A stretch of 63,460 nucleotides of DNA, filler included, from Octopus bimaculoides (lineage: Eukaryota): the NCBI RefSeq assembly GCF_001194135.2. It is 5 parts of 5 records of this genome, joined end to end, with 100 filler letters (N's around TTAATTAATTAA, not from the genome) between each part and the next. Parts side by side here need not be neighbours in the genome. Positions count along the whole stretch, not along the records: positions 1 to 23,243 come from NC_068994.1; positions 23,344 to 33,654 come from NC_068995.1; 3 more parts are not named here. The stretch is one strand, 5' to 3'. This document shows positions 11,884-23,969 of this stretch, in pieces. How positions within the stretch are numbered: position 1 is the stretch's first letter; the number at the start of each line of letters is the position of its first letter. Below the pieces are notes generated by a model. The model was not told the origin of the DNA. It saw nothing but the letters and a program-made list of their open reading frames with translations, and made no database searches. The position numbers and the translations under genes are program-made.

Positions 11884-12375
11884 AAGAAGAAGAAATTGAG
11901 GGTGGAGAGGGAAGTGCTACCTTCGAATGAGTTTATTGAAAGGTGAGTGGAAGTTGTGAAAATGGCAAGAGTGGATGGTATTCTATAAGTGAAGACCAGT
12001 AGGTCGGAGAAAAGAAATTGGAGAGGGCACTTTCCCTTAGTGTTCAGGGAGATCTTGTAGAGTGGGGTTCCTCTATTATCCCTAGAGGTCCTTCTGTATC
12101 AGGAGGACAACATCGCTATCATCCCGCCTTTGTTTTTTTTTAACCTGTGTGTACTATGTATATTTCCCTTCCTTTTCATTGTATACCATATATATTTATA
12201 CTTTTTTGTTTATTAATTTATTTTATCATTTCATTATATGTAAACCGCCATACTTTATACCTATTTTGTATTGTCTCCCTCTTCCTTCACCCTGGTTACA
12301 AATAAATGAAATCATTATTATTATTTTATTATCGTCAGCAACATTATTATTTTTAAAAAATTATTTAAAACTTAC

Positions 12376-12496
12376 TTCAAATAATTTGTCAATATAGTCG
12401 TTGACATATTCCACACTTGTCTTTATTGTCTTTGGCACGGATTTAATATTTTTCTCTACTTGTGATATAGATGCAAGCGTACACGCAAGGCCAGTA
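12376..12496 (-). CDS. PROM1-like: Prominin-like coding exon (end of TM2 and start of loop 1), phase 2 to 0
   Basis: Acceptor tttcccatatctgtttcag|T, donor GAA|gtaagt. 121 nt: (I)TGLACTLASISQVEKNIKSVPKTIKTSVEYVNDYIDKLFE. Completes the split codon AT|T from the 21419-21618 exon. Confidence 0.88.
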
Positions 12497-14376
12497 CTGA
12501 AACAGATATGGGAAAATGCATTATATTTCGTAAATAATGTCATGTCGCAGGTTTCGTGCCGTTAAATAATCATACAGAAGTAAAAATAATTTCTAATAAA
12601 GCTATTTAACAAACTAATTTAATCAAGCAAAACAGAAACCAGATAAAAACGAGTCGCGCAGTAAATTGAAATATTCACATATTTCTCTTATATTCAAATA
12701 TGGAGAACAACATGACTTTGACTTGCTACCATAGTTACAGTTTTTTTGTTTTTGCTTTTTCAGAAAACTTCAGAAATGTTGTCTAGTCAGATAGTTTTAT
12801 CGCATACCATCTGCCAATATGTTTTGGTGTTAAGATCATCCTAATATTCACCCTGGCTTCTAGATACAACATTTCTTGCAAGTGATTTATTATCTAAACC
12901 TCAAAATATTAATATTTTCATGATTACAGTACTTTGGAAAACCAAACAACAAATAAGTGATGAAATTTTTACCGATGGACTCATGAAATCTAGATTTCCT
13001 GTTATTAAATTTCGTGTTTACATACAAAGGTCACTTCGTTGACGAAGTTCATCACAGGCAAAATTTTGAAGTAACTATCAACTTAGTAAAGATAAATCTT
13101 ATACTCCATATTCTGCACACATATCATAACTTCCTTCAAATGTTTGGCCTATCGCTGTACAGGCAAATAAAACAGTGTAATGCGTTTGGAGAAAAACATT
13201 ATCCATACTATATGAACAGTTATTGCCTAGCACTGCAATTTGGATATGATCCTCATCCGAACCGCGAAGGATGCCCCCTATCATCACACAGCTCACAAAG
13301 ACTTCCACCTCCCAAATTATAAATCTTTACCAAAATCTTTTCTACCAACTTTGCAGAAACCTTCTCTACTGACCCTGACTGATCCTTACATTGCCCAAAA
13401 ACTAATGCGTCCTAGAGTTAGTCACTATCCTTCTCAATTTCTCTCTTCCTCTCTCTCTCTCTCTCTCGCTCTCTCCCTAACTATCTATCTATCTCTCCCT
13501 ATCTATCTTTCCCTATCTTTCCGTCTTTCCCTATCAATCTCTCTCTCTCTCTCTATCTATCTCTCTTTCCCTATCTATCTCTCTTTCCCTATCTACCTCA
13601 CTTTGCCTATCTCTCTTTCCCTATCTCTCTCTCTCTCTATTTATCTACCTATCTATCTATCTCTCTACCTACCTCTCTACCTATCTCTTAAGATATTATG
13701 TTGATTTTTGTAAACTGTGTATTGCAGTGTATTCCATTCCTAAGAAAGGCCACCTCTTTGACTTCTGATCTATTACTTAATCCTTGAATCTCAAATGTGT
13801 TGGAGGCCACAAACTAACAACAAACTTCTTTCCACACATTGAATCTGTCTTTGTCTCTCCCTCTCTCTCTCCCCCTCTCTCTCTCCCCCTCTCTCTCTCT
13901 CTTTCTCTCTCTCACTGTCTCCCTTTCTCTCTTTCCTGTCTCCCTTTATCTCTCTCTCTTTCCCTCTCTTTCTCCCTTTTTCTGTCTCTCACACTCACAT
14001 GCACACAATCAGCTCGCACACATACGCACTCATGCATTCACATTTCTTCGATCGATGGCTTCTCAGATCGCACTCTCAGGTCTCTTGCTGATGGAACCCT
14101 GTTTGAACTCCACTCTCAACTGTAGTATGCTCTAGAATTCAATTTTATCTTCGACGCTTTTTTTCCCTTTTATCAATGGCCTAGTTCCCGTCACCAACAG
14201 AGCCCACAGATACGCACATCTCAAAATCTGTTCTTCATCACAACCAAACAGATATTTCAGCCTCCAGCAACTCTAAACATTTACAAGACTTAGGTTAAAC
14301 ACGACACAGAGTACTGCATCTACATCTAGGATTGTATTGTGTTTTATACACACAAACACACACACATATACATACA

Positions 14377-14412
<36 letters not shown>

Positions 14413-14445
14413 TACATACATACATACATACATATATACATACAT

Positions 14446-15985
14446 AAGAACCCACTATATGGGAAAAACTATAGCCACTCATAATAAAAAGGAGTACTGG
14501 TGGAATGTCCCAGTGAAGACCTCAATAAAATGTAAGCACTGCAGACCTGATATAATGATCTGGGAAAGAGAAGAGAAACTGTGTGCAGTTGAAGAAATTA
14601 TCTGCCCAGCGGATATTAACAAAGCTGAAGATCACTGAAAAAAGGAATACCTACGGTGAACTATTGAGAAATCTGCAGTTACTCTATCCAGATTACAAGT
14701 TCAGGTCTATACTTGTATTGGGGCCCTGGGATATGTAACACACTACCTAAATACCAATCTTGAGAAATTAAGCTTCTCAAACCAGAAAGTAGAAAGCTAA
14801 TTCGAAGTCTACAGTCCCAATCCATCACTGGAACTGTAAAAATCAGTACAACTTTCCAGACATTTATCATTTAAATATATATGAGCATATCTAGATCTGA
14901 AACTGTATGCATGAGAATACATACCTAAAGCAGAACATACAAATCTGAAATGACGAACATATATCAGCAGAAGACTTCGCATGGATATGTTAGTAGAAAG
15001 CTCCGAGATGATAGTAACATTGATCATCAAAGCAGTCTACTATGGACCAATAACCAGATTACTACCTCCCACTTTGAAGGGTACGTGTTTGCAATTCAGG
15101 AACAGGAAGTATCAACCAAATACCTGATGTACAAAAGGGACAGAGATGCAGGAAAAGCAGTAAAATGTGACAACCGATGCAGATTTTGTGGAGTTAACAC
15201 TGAAGATATCACTCACATCATAAGCAGTTGTCCGAAAATGTCACCACAGTATTATCTACCAATGAGACGGAATAAGGACACTATAATGAAATCCGTCGGA
15301 AGGATAACCCCGAGGACAAAGAAATAAGAACCCACAGCATGGTGGAAGCCGTAGCCACTCGTAATATAAAGGAGTACTGGTGGAATTTCCCCAGTGAAAA
15401 CCTGAATAAAATGTAAGTACAACAGACCTGATATAATGCTTTAGGATAGAGAAGAGAAACTGTGTACAGTTGTTGAAATTAGCTGTCCAGTGGATGTTAG
15501 CATAAAGCTGAAGATCAGTGAAAAAAAGAATACCTACGCTGAACTGTTGAGAAATCTACAGTTACTCTATCTAGATTACAAGTACAGGTTTACGCCTGTA
15601 ATTATTGAGGCCCTAGGATATGTAACACACTGCCTAAATACCAATCTTGATAAGTTATGCTTCTCAAAACCAGAAAAGAGAAAGCCGATTCGAAGTCAAC
15701 AGATCCAAGCCATCATTGAAACTGTAAAAATCTGTAAAACTTTCCAGAAGTTTATCATTTGAATATATATGTGCATGTCTAGATATACAACTATATGCAT
15801 GAGAATACATACATAAAAAAACATATAAATCTGCACCTATGCATACATACACACATACATACATTCGAAATACCCTGTTGTTGATGTTGAAATTCCAATG
15901 AGGGAGTCTTGGATCTAGGTTAGAAACAACTCTTTCTCTGTTGGCAAGAAATCTTACAATAAAACTGAATAATGACATACATATC
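14446..15985 (+). mobile_element. Two tandem 5'-truncated R4-clade (RLE) element 3' ends (14446-14950 and ~14951-15985)
   Basis: EYWWNVPVKTSIKCKH.RPDIMIW..VE..CPAD; FEGYVFAIQEQE; CCHC finger CRFCGVNTEDITHIISSC; C-terminus IIETVKICKTFQKFII*. Both copies share a 3' UTR. The first copy starts directly after (CATA)n. Confidence 0.9.
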
Positions 15986-17340
15986 TTTGACCGCATTCAA
16001 AGAAAGGCTACTCAACTGATGGGAATACATCGGCTTATAAGCATGCTATAAAACTCGATTGTGGACGTGCCATTTCTTCTCTCTGCCTTTTTCTACTACA
16101 GTGACCTCTAATCCTCGGATTTTGTTGGTCTCGTGTCACCTTTATTCAGGAATTTCCCATACACTCGTTTCTCTTATTGTCATTCATATTTCGTTCACTA
16201 CAGCCCAATTTTAACCTCTTCCCCCAATCTCTTCACATACTTTTCTTGCTTCGTATGCATGCTTTTTCTTGCATATTTTCAAGAGGAATATTAATAGCAT
16301 TATTCTCACCGGTATCCAAGAGCCTCGAAGGAAAGGCCACTGAGTTTTTACAGACCTTCGCTAAAGATGGGCCACAGTTACGCTAAATCTTTTTGAAGCC
16401 CTCATTGAAGACCTCTTGTTACCCTTGTTGCATCCAACCTCGTCCTCGTCCCCATCTCGCACTAACCACTATTCTTACAATTCCTTAAAAGAACGTCGGC
16501 TTTCTGTAACCTTCTTATCTGCCTGTCTGTAGGTTTTGATCCTTAAAGGCACCAAGGAAGACCTACAAGGATATTTGGGCACTGTCCCTTTGTCCAGACT
16601 CAGTAAAAAAAAAGTGTGTATCTTGGTGATGAGAAGACATATTCATTCAAGTATATAATCAAACCAACGTAAAATAGTATATTTCAAATAGCAATGGTAA
16701 CATTGTTTTCAGTTCTAATACAATGTAACTTATATACATTTTATATAGTAGCATTGCTGCAACAGCCTATGATGTAAGTTGCTGATAGTGAGTATTTTTA
16801 CATTTCTTTCAAATGAGAGCTTTCATTTGAATTGGAACTTTATAAACATTCGTATCGAACTTGCCTTCGAATTTGCATAACGCACCAAGAGTCTGTACAG
16901 TACTGTTATTACATACAATGAAGATTTGATCTCACCAAATTACTATCTATGATTACATGCGGAAACGTAAACTTGCTTCCATAGGAATTCGAAGGTCAAA
17001 TCGAGGTTTCCCTTATTCAATCATTGCTTGCTCATGTTTTCATCCTTGTATGGTCTTTATTAAGTTAGTTGTTGTTGCACTCATTCTCATTTTTATGATG
17101 CAAAAATCAGAATGAAAATGCCTATTTACATAAGCGTTAACTAAGCCATCTTTGAAGAAATCATTATCGCCAAAACTGTACCTGAATAACTAGGGGAGAC
17201 CACTGTCCAGACACTACAAAAATACAGATAGCCAGCGAACGACTAAAAGGCACCGGGTGTAAAATTGTTCCAACGTTTTAGTTGAAGTATTCAATAGGTA
17301 CAATTCTGGCGAAATTATTTAATAACATAATGAAAAGGAC

Positions 17341-17757
17341 AACACTTGACTGGATCACTGAGGGAAAACTCAACACTAATGGAAAAACTTAACATTTGAC
17401 TGGATCACTGAGAGAATAACTCAACACTTGACTGGATCACTGAAGGAAAACTCAACACTTGACTGGATCACTGAAGGAAAACTCAACACTTGACTGGATC
17501 ACTAATGGAAAAACTTAACATTTGACTGGATCACTGAGAGAATAACTCAACACTTGACTGGATCACTGAAGGAAAACTCAACACTTGACTGGATCACTGA
17601 GNNNNNNNNNNNNNNNNNNNNNNNNNNNNNNNNNNNNNNNNNNNNNNNNNNNACACTAATGGAAAAACTTAACATTTGACTGGATCACTGAGAGAATAAC
17701 TCAACACTTGACTGGATCACTGAAGGAAAACTCAACACTTGACTGGATCACTGAGGA
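17341..17757. repeat. Minisatellite, 31-32-bp unit AACACTTGACTGGATCACTGAAGGAAAACTC with higher-order variants, one small N gap
   Basis: About 11 head-to-tail copies read directly, with no unique spacers. Confidence 0.95.
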
Positions 17758-19240
17758 AAAAACTATATCAATTCCCATGACTTATAAAACAGAAAACACT
17801 CCAAACCCTTTTGACTTCTTTTTCACCTCAAAAAGTAACTTCTACCATCCCATCACCAACTTTGCAGGAATCGGATCATTTGAACTTCCTTATTGTGATT
17901 ACCCATTAGACATCCATATACTACGTTATGACTCAAGATCCTCATCATCATTGCGAGATTATTGATCCAAACTTCCTCTAATTTTATGATAACTATCTTT
18001 GGCATTATAGGTGCTTCATTCCTGATACATCAAGAACAGCCAGGCGAGCACGTAGTCTGTCTTCTTTCAAATTCCACAAACAACCAAAATCCACAGCCCA
18101 AGTCCACTAAGAGGTACACTTGTCGCTGCGCTGCAGCAGTTCAAGCAAAGAACGCTAATAAAAGTTTGGACGGTTTATACAGAATACCATCAATTATGCC
18201 TTTCTGTATCGCAGAACCTGCAAACTTTACCATCTCCTAAACTGCGGCAAAACATTTTGATCCTTGTCAAAAGTTCTCTACGAAATTAATCGAATTCTCC
18301 TTCTCTCAACTTCTTAACCATAATCCTAAAAGCCTCCACATTTGCAGCCTGTTTGCGATTATCTCCACAATGTAGACTCTTCCAAAATAACCTTTTTCTA
18401 TTACACCAGTCTTATCTCTACGCACATATTTCCACTAAGTACTTAACTCGAACTATTCCACTAGTCCTAATGACCCCCTTCCGTTATCATCAAGCAATTC
18501 ACTCCACAGTAAAGCCCTTCGATCTACGAATCTCTTTACATGTATATGTGTATGTGTGCGTGCGCGCACGTGATTTGTGTGTGTGTGTGTGTGTGTGCGT
18601 ATGCGTGTGTGTGCACGAGGGTGTGGTGAAAAGTTCCTAGCTTTAAGAGTATCGCGAACGGCCTGGCTAGAGGCCCAACCTTCCGAGTTCTTTTACAGAG
18701 ATTAGAAAAATTGAAATATTAAAGTGTTGTTTCACTCAACAGCAGAACGTTCGACTGTGTCTGGTACACATATTACTAGACAATATTGCCCGCCTGTGGT
18801 CAACTCCGGTCTGTCCCAAGGTTCGATTATGTTCCCTATATTCATTCACATATACGTCAACAACCTATTTGCTGTCACCTCCTACAATGCCCGCTCCTAC
18901 GCAGATAATACCACTCTTTATTCTTCCTTAGCCTTTTACACTACAGCCTCAGCTACAGACAGACAGATAGACAGACCAGCTACAGACAGGCAGACCGACA
19001 GACAGGCAGACCGACAGACAGGCAGACCGACAGACAGGCAGACCGACAGACAGACATGTATTGAGTTGTATACGATATAGAGCTGTATACGGTAGCCGCG
19101 TCCACCGGTGGCGGATAATGAAACGGTCTCTATATAGGGAGGACAGCTGCGAAAACAAAAAAACATTTTCATGATTAATAAACAGTTGTGGACTAACAAC
19201 AGCTGCATTTTCTAGGGTGCCGTGATCCAACAGTTAGCAC
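17758..19240 (+). mobile_element. Degenerate L2/CR1/Jockey-type LINE remnants (APE end and RT), interrupted by microsatellites and a short mariner-end fragment at ~18607-18715
   Basis: TPNPFDFFFTS resembles the APE C-terminal PNxLDLFLTS motif. VNSGLSQGSIMFPIFIHIYVNNL...SYADNTTLY resembles RT PQGS and YADD motifs. Confidence 0.65.
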
Positions 19241-21418
19241 AGTTCTACAGCAGTCACACCTTTGATTTTCAGCTGAGTCTAGGACGTAAGGATCGATAAT
19301 GAGTTTGTATGTGTTTAAGTCTGTTCGCGACTTCCAGGCAACTAGGACAGTAGCGAAAGGATGGTATCCGGTAGCTGTACATTTGCTATTTGAGTGTGAT
19401 AGCCATGAGTATACGGAGAAGTTAGCAGCAAACTAAAATTGCGCTCGAAAAATATGGCACTCCTGTCTAGGAGTTGCGATGCCAGCTAAAATCTGGGGAC
19501 ATTGTGAAAAAAAGAGAGATATTAACCACCCTCTCAACTAAATTGGGTTACCGCATTCAGTGGACTCTCCATTTCTGAAGTCGAAATAAAAGGAAAAGCA
19601 AGAAAACAAATCAGATTGTATTTTGGCTTCTGGAACACTGGAATGATGATGGATGTAGCCAATTCTGGAAAGTCTGGATGATAGTTGATAGGGAACTGAT
19701 ACTTATTTCATTACTGCCCACAAGGGGCTACACACAGAGGGGACAAACAAGGACAGACAAAAGGATTAAGTCGATTACATCGACCCCAGTGCATAACTGG
19801 TACTTAATTTATCGACCCCGAAAGGGGAATTTGAACTCAGAACGTAACGGCAGACGAAATACCGCTAAGCATTTCGCCCGGCGCGCTAACGTTTCTGCCA
19901 GGGAACTGATACTGTTGCACTGTCAAAACATAACTGAGGTATATAGAATTTAAGAGAGCTAGTTTCTAGTTTGAAAACAAAAATGCTGTACAGAGTGAAG
20001 TTGTGTTGGCCTAGTGCTGACGAACACTCTTTCAGCAATCCGTGGCCGCTTTCTGTTATTATATCCAATAGGCTAATGAAAGTGAGGTTAGCTCTGCCTG
20101 GAAATTTAAGTATAAATGTTTTTATTAGCTATGATCTACGATGACAAATGAGCTATATAAGAAGGGATGCACCAATTATGTCTGATCATGGCAAACACTT
20201 TCTTCCATTGGTTTTATAGCTGGTATCATCCACGGTCGAAACGATATCTGTTGGACTACTTACTTAGCCTCAGGGACAATATTGAGGACATAAGCTGTGT
20301 CTGAAGTACAAAAAAGTTGGGATAATTGCGCAGAAGAGACTGAATGAGAGACTAAGATTTCCAAAGTGCCACATGCACTTGCATGAAAAGAACCAGTAAA
20401 TTAGCTACAATTTATGCTTTCCGCAGATGAGGACTACGCAATATTTCTTTCTCTGTTAGCATCTTTGCGTGTTTGTGGTCGAGGTATGCGTTGTGTGTAA
20501 AGATATTTTATTGTTATACACATACAGCAAATCCTTCCAGAAAGGTGTTGTGTGAGAGAATTATACTAGTGGATATATAACAGTCTACGAAAGATATGGA
20601 TTACTATACAGTTGTGTTCATAGGGTTGTTGCCGGAGCCTTGTGGAGCTTTAGGTGTTTTCGCTCAATAAACAATCACAATGCCCGGTCTGGGAATGGAA
20701 ACCGCGATCATACGACAGCGAGTCCGCTACCCTAACCACTGGGCCACATACATACGTACACACATGCATACGTACACACAGACAAACATGCAAGCACACA
20801 CATACACACACACACACACACAACCTTTACGCTAAAAATATATGAAGACTTCCGAAAAGGAATGCAACAATAACTTGTTCTTATTCATTTGGTTTGAAAT
20901 ATAAGTGATACAAATGGCGCTACATCACCGTAGATTAAATGCAGATTATGCTTCAAGAAGATAAGACAAATATGTCATTCTGACTACTCTGCAGCTCCTT
21001 AAATTAATCACTTCATACTGGCCACTTCACACCACTTAATTGTACTAGACATGACTACGCTATACCACCATAATTATATTTAGATACAGCTAACGGAAAG
21101 AATACTAAAAATCTTTCATCACTTAATCTGTGATACCATATCATATTCTCGCTATGATATATTTCCATTGGTGTTTTTGTTCGGATCAGATGATTAAGAA
21201 TCTATGCCATCTTGCGCGATGTTTCACAGATCAAGCTCTACTACTCACTCTTTTATCTTGCCTGTATTGTCTAACCAGTCTATGATATTTAATCATGCAA
21301 ACAAAAATGACAATTGAAAATCAGTTATGTGGTCATAAGTATACTACTATAACACGTGCAAGATATTTTCTTTATGTTATTTTGAATTAGAAAGAAACGA
21401 AAGTTTAATTTGACTTAC

Positions 21419-21618
21419 ATGCATAATATTATAGTCGTCAGGAGCAAGAGCACATATATTCTCCGTCTCGTGTTACTTACATGTTTTTGCATTCGTTTAC
21501 CACCACAGTTATTGCAATTTCGGCAACAGCAAAAGCACAGTCCGACCAAAGAGAAAATAATGATAAAGAGAATGCCAACAACAACAGCAATAACAAATCC
21601 AATGTTTTTCATGATTAA
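21419..21618 (-). CDS. PROM1-like: Prominin-like coding exon (TM1, Cys-rich loop, TM2), phase 0 to 2
   Basis: Acceptor ttttctttttattttttatattctag|TTA, donor TGCAT|gtaagt. 200 nt: LIMKNIGFVIAVVVGILFIIIFSLVGLCFCCCRNCNNCGGKRMQKHVSNTRRRIYVLLLLTTIILC. TM helix followed by the CFCCCRxCxNCGG signature typical of prominins. Confidence 0.93.
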
Positions 21619-22324
21619 CTAGAATATAAAAAATAAAAAGAAAAGTGAAGGAAATTATAATCCCAGCAACAGAAATTCAACCAAATCTGTACATGTAGTT
21701 GCACAATTTACACTTTTTCTTACACAGTATCTCAGTGCTTTTACAGTTCTTGGGTAAAACTAAACGTTCACATACCAAGATGAAAAATACCTCTTTCACT
21801 ATTTTCTTCAAGACTCTGTCAAGAGGTTTCTCTTCTCTTTGTACCTTCACACTCATTCCCATACTCAACATTCAATATTATTAAATATCCAGCTGAAGAT
21901 AAGATCATTTGTGTAAAGTAGAACATTACGTAACGCAATATAACAAGCTACTGAAAAATTGTAATATACATTTTCATAACTTGTCAGAGCAAAATGTGAC
22001 ATTATATATATAGATACACTTTTATTCTTTTTCTTGTTTCAGTCATTTGACTGCAGCTATGCTGGGGCATCGACTTTAGCCGAACAAATCGATCTCAGAA
22101 GCCTAGTACTTATTCTATCGGTCACTTTTGCCGACCCCTATGTTACGGAGAAATAAACACTCCAGCATCGGTTGTCAATATGGAAGTACAAACACAGACA
22201 TATATATACACACACACACACACACACAGATAAGGAAAATAATTTTATTCTCAAACGCAGGATGATGCTAATAACATAGCATGAACAGGATAAACTATTC
22301 ATATTTTGCAGAAAAATCTGTCGG

Positions 22325-22397
22325 TGGCCAGCCATGAGATTCGAACTCACATCCCTGTGATTACGCGTCAAGTGCTTTACCATTAAGCTAAACTGCC
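22325..22397 (-). pseudogene. tRNA-Thr(CGT)-like sequence embedded in a ~302-bp tandem unit
   Basis: GGCAGTTTAGCTTAATGGTAAAGCACTTGACGCGTAATCACAGGGATGTGAGTTCGAATCTCATGGCTGGCCA. D stem GCTT/AAGC, T arm GTGAG-TTCGAAT-CTCAT, anticodon loop CGCGTAA. Acceptor and anticodon stems are mismatched. Confidence 0.6.
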
Positions 22398-23714
22398 CGA
22401 ACGTCAAATTCTTCTGCAAATTTAGGATATATAGATCTACCTTTATAAGACGCTATCGTATGTTAAATTCGACTTACATTGAAAGTCAACAAAGTTTGCT
22501 TTAGAAACATTGAGATGTATTGAAAGATACAGATAAAGAAATAATTTTATTCTCAAACGCAGGATGATGCTAATAACATAGCATGAACAGGATAAACTAT
22601 TCATATTTTGCAGAAAAATCTGTCGGTGGNNNNNNNNNNNNNNNNNNNNNNNNNNNNNNNNNNNNNNNNNNNNNNNNNNNNNNNNNNNNNNNNNNNNNNN
22701 NNNNNNNNNNNNNNNNNNNNNNNNNNNNNNNNNNNNNNNNNNNNNNNNNNNNNNNNNNNNNNNNNNNNNNNNNNNNNNNNNNNNNNNNNNNNNNNNNNNN
22801 NNNNNNNNNNNNNNNNNNNNNNNNNNNNNNNNNNNNNNNNNNNNNNNNNNNNNNNNNNNNNNNNNNNNNNNNNNNNNNNNNNNNNNNNNNNNNNNNNNNN
22901 NNNNNNNNNNNNNNNNNNNNNNNNNNNNNNNNNNNNNNNNNNNNNNNNNNNNNNNNNNNNNNNNNNNNNNNNNNNNNNNNNNNNNNNNNNNNNNNNNNNN
23001 NNNNNNNNNNNNNNNNNNNNNNNNNNNNNNNNNNNNNNNNNATGTATATATGTATATGTATGCGTATGTATATGTTTACGTATGTATATGTTTATGTATG
23101 TGTATGTATATGTTTGTATATGTACGTTTATACGTGTGTATGTACATGTATGTATATGTATATGGATGTATGGATGTATGTATGTATGTATATGTATGTA
23201 TATGTATGTGTGTATGGATGTATATATATATATATATATATATNNNNNNNNNNNNNNNNNNNNNNNNNNNNNNNNNNNNNNNNNNNNTTAATTAATTAAN
23301 NNNNNNNNNNNNNNNNNNNNNNNNNNNNNNNNNNNNNNNNNNNCTGTATACGCAAATTAAATCTAGCCATGGAGGAATGTAGTGGCGGACAAAAAACAAG
23401 ACAGGAAAACAAACAGAAAAGGCTTTACGGCCAGACGAGAAAAATTATGTGTGTATGAACGCGATGAGGCACGGAACCGAGAGAGACAAAGTGGTGGCGT
23501 GTGTTACTTGGCGAAAGCCAAGGAAGGAAAGGATTATTGACCGGAAGCATGTGACCATGCCGGTGTAAAGGGAAGAGAGAGAGAGTGGTAGAGGGAGAAA
23601 GAGAGGGAGGAAGTAGAAGAATGGTGAGCAACGAGAGGAAAAAAGAAAAAGAGGAAATACGAGGGGGAAAAAAGAGATACGTAGTAGTAATATATATATA
23701 TATATATATCATAT

Positions 23715-23880
23715 ACACGACGGGCTTCCTTCAGTTTCTGTCTACCAAATCCACTCACGAATTTTGGGCGGCGCGAAGCTATAGTAGAAAACACTTACTT
23801 GGTCACGGTGCTGTCCAGTGAGACTGGACCGAGAACCAGGTGATTGGGAAGCAAGCTTTTTACCACACAGACACGCATGA
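23715..23880 (-). mobile_element. tRNA-derived SINE family S3 (representative). Other copies at about 34110-34260(+), 45295-45430(-), 56175-56385(-, internally duplicated)
   Basis: Recurring GGGCTTCTTTCAGTTTC..TACCAAATCCACTCAC...GCTATAGTAGAAGACACTTGCCCAAGG...GGAAGCAAGC..TTACCACACAGCC block. Confidence 0.75.
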
Positions 23881-23969
23881 TAATTATCACTTCTTTTTAG
23901 TCTTCTATACCAACTGCATATATACTAGAAGCTAACCAGCTACGATCGGTTGCTATCTTCATATAAATA

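Noticed and set aside
16100-16600. Possible further degraded R4 fragment on the minus strand (KRVYGKFL, KADV..GRG)
   Set aside because: Motifs too short and interrupted to support a call without alignment.
17341-17757. CRISPR-like regularly spaced ~31-bp repeats
   Set aside because: No unique spacers, units are contiguous, no cas genes, and the context is eukaryotic. It is a minisatellite.
21677-21871. Minus ORF MLSMGMSVKVQREEKPLDRVLKKIVKE... as a possible upstream prominin exon
   Set aside because: No acceptor with a polypyrimidine tract in a compatible phase, and no recognisable similarity.
23288-23299. TTAATTAATTAA islands inside N runs (also 33699-33710, 59610-59621, 62308-62319)
   Set aside because: Identical 12-mer with stops in all six frames, centred in fixed-length N blocks. 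This is an assembly gap linker, not biology.
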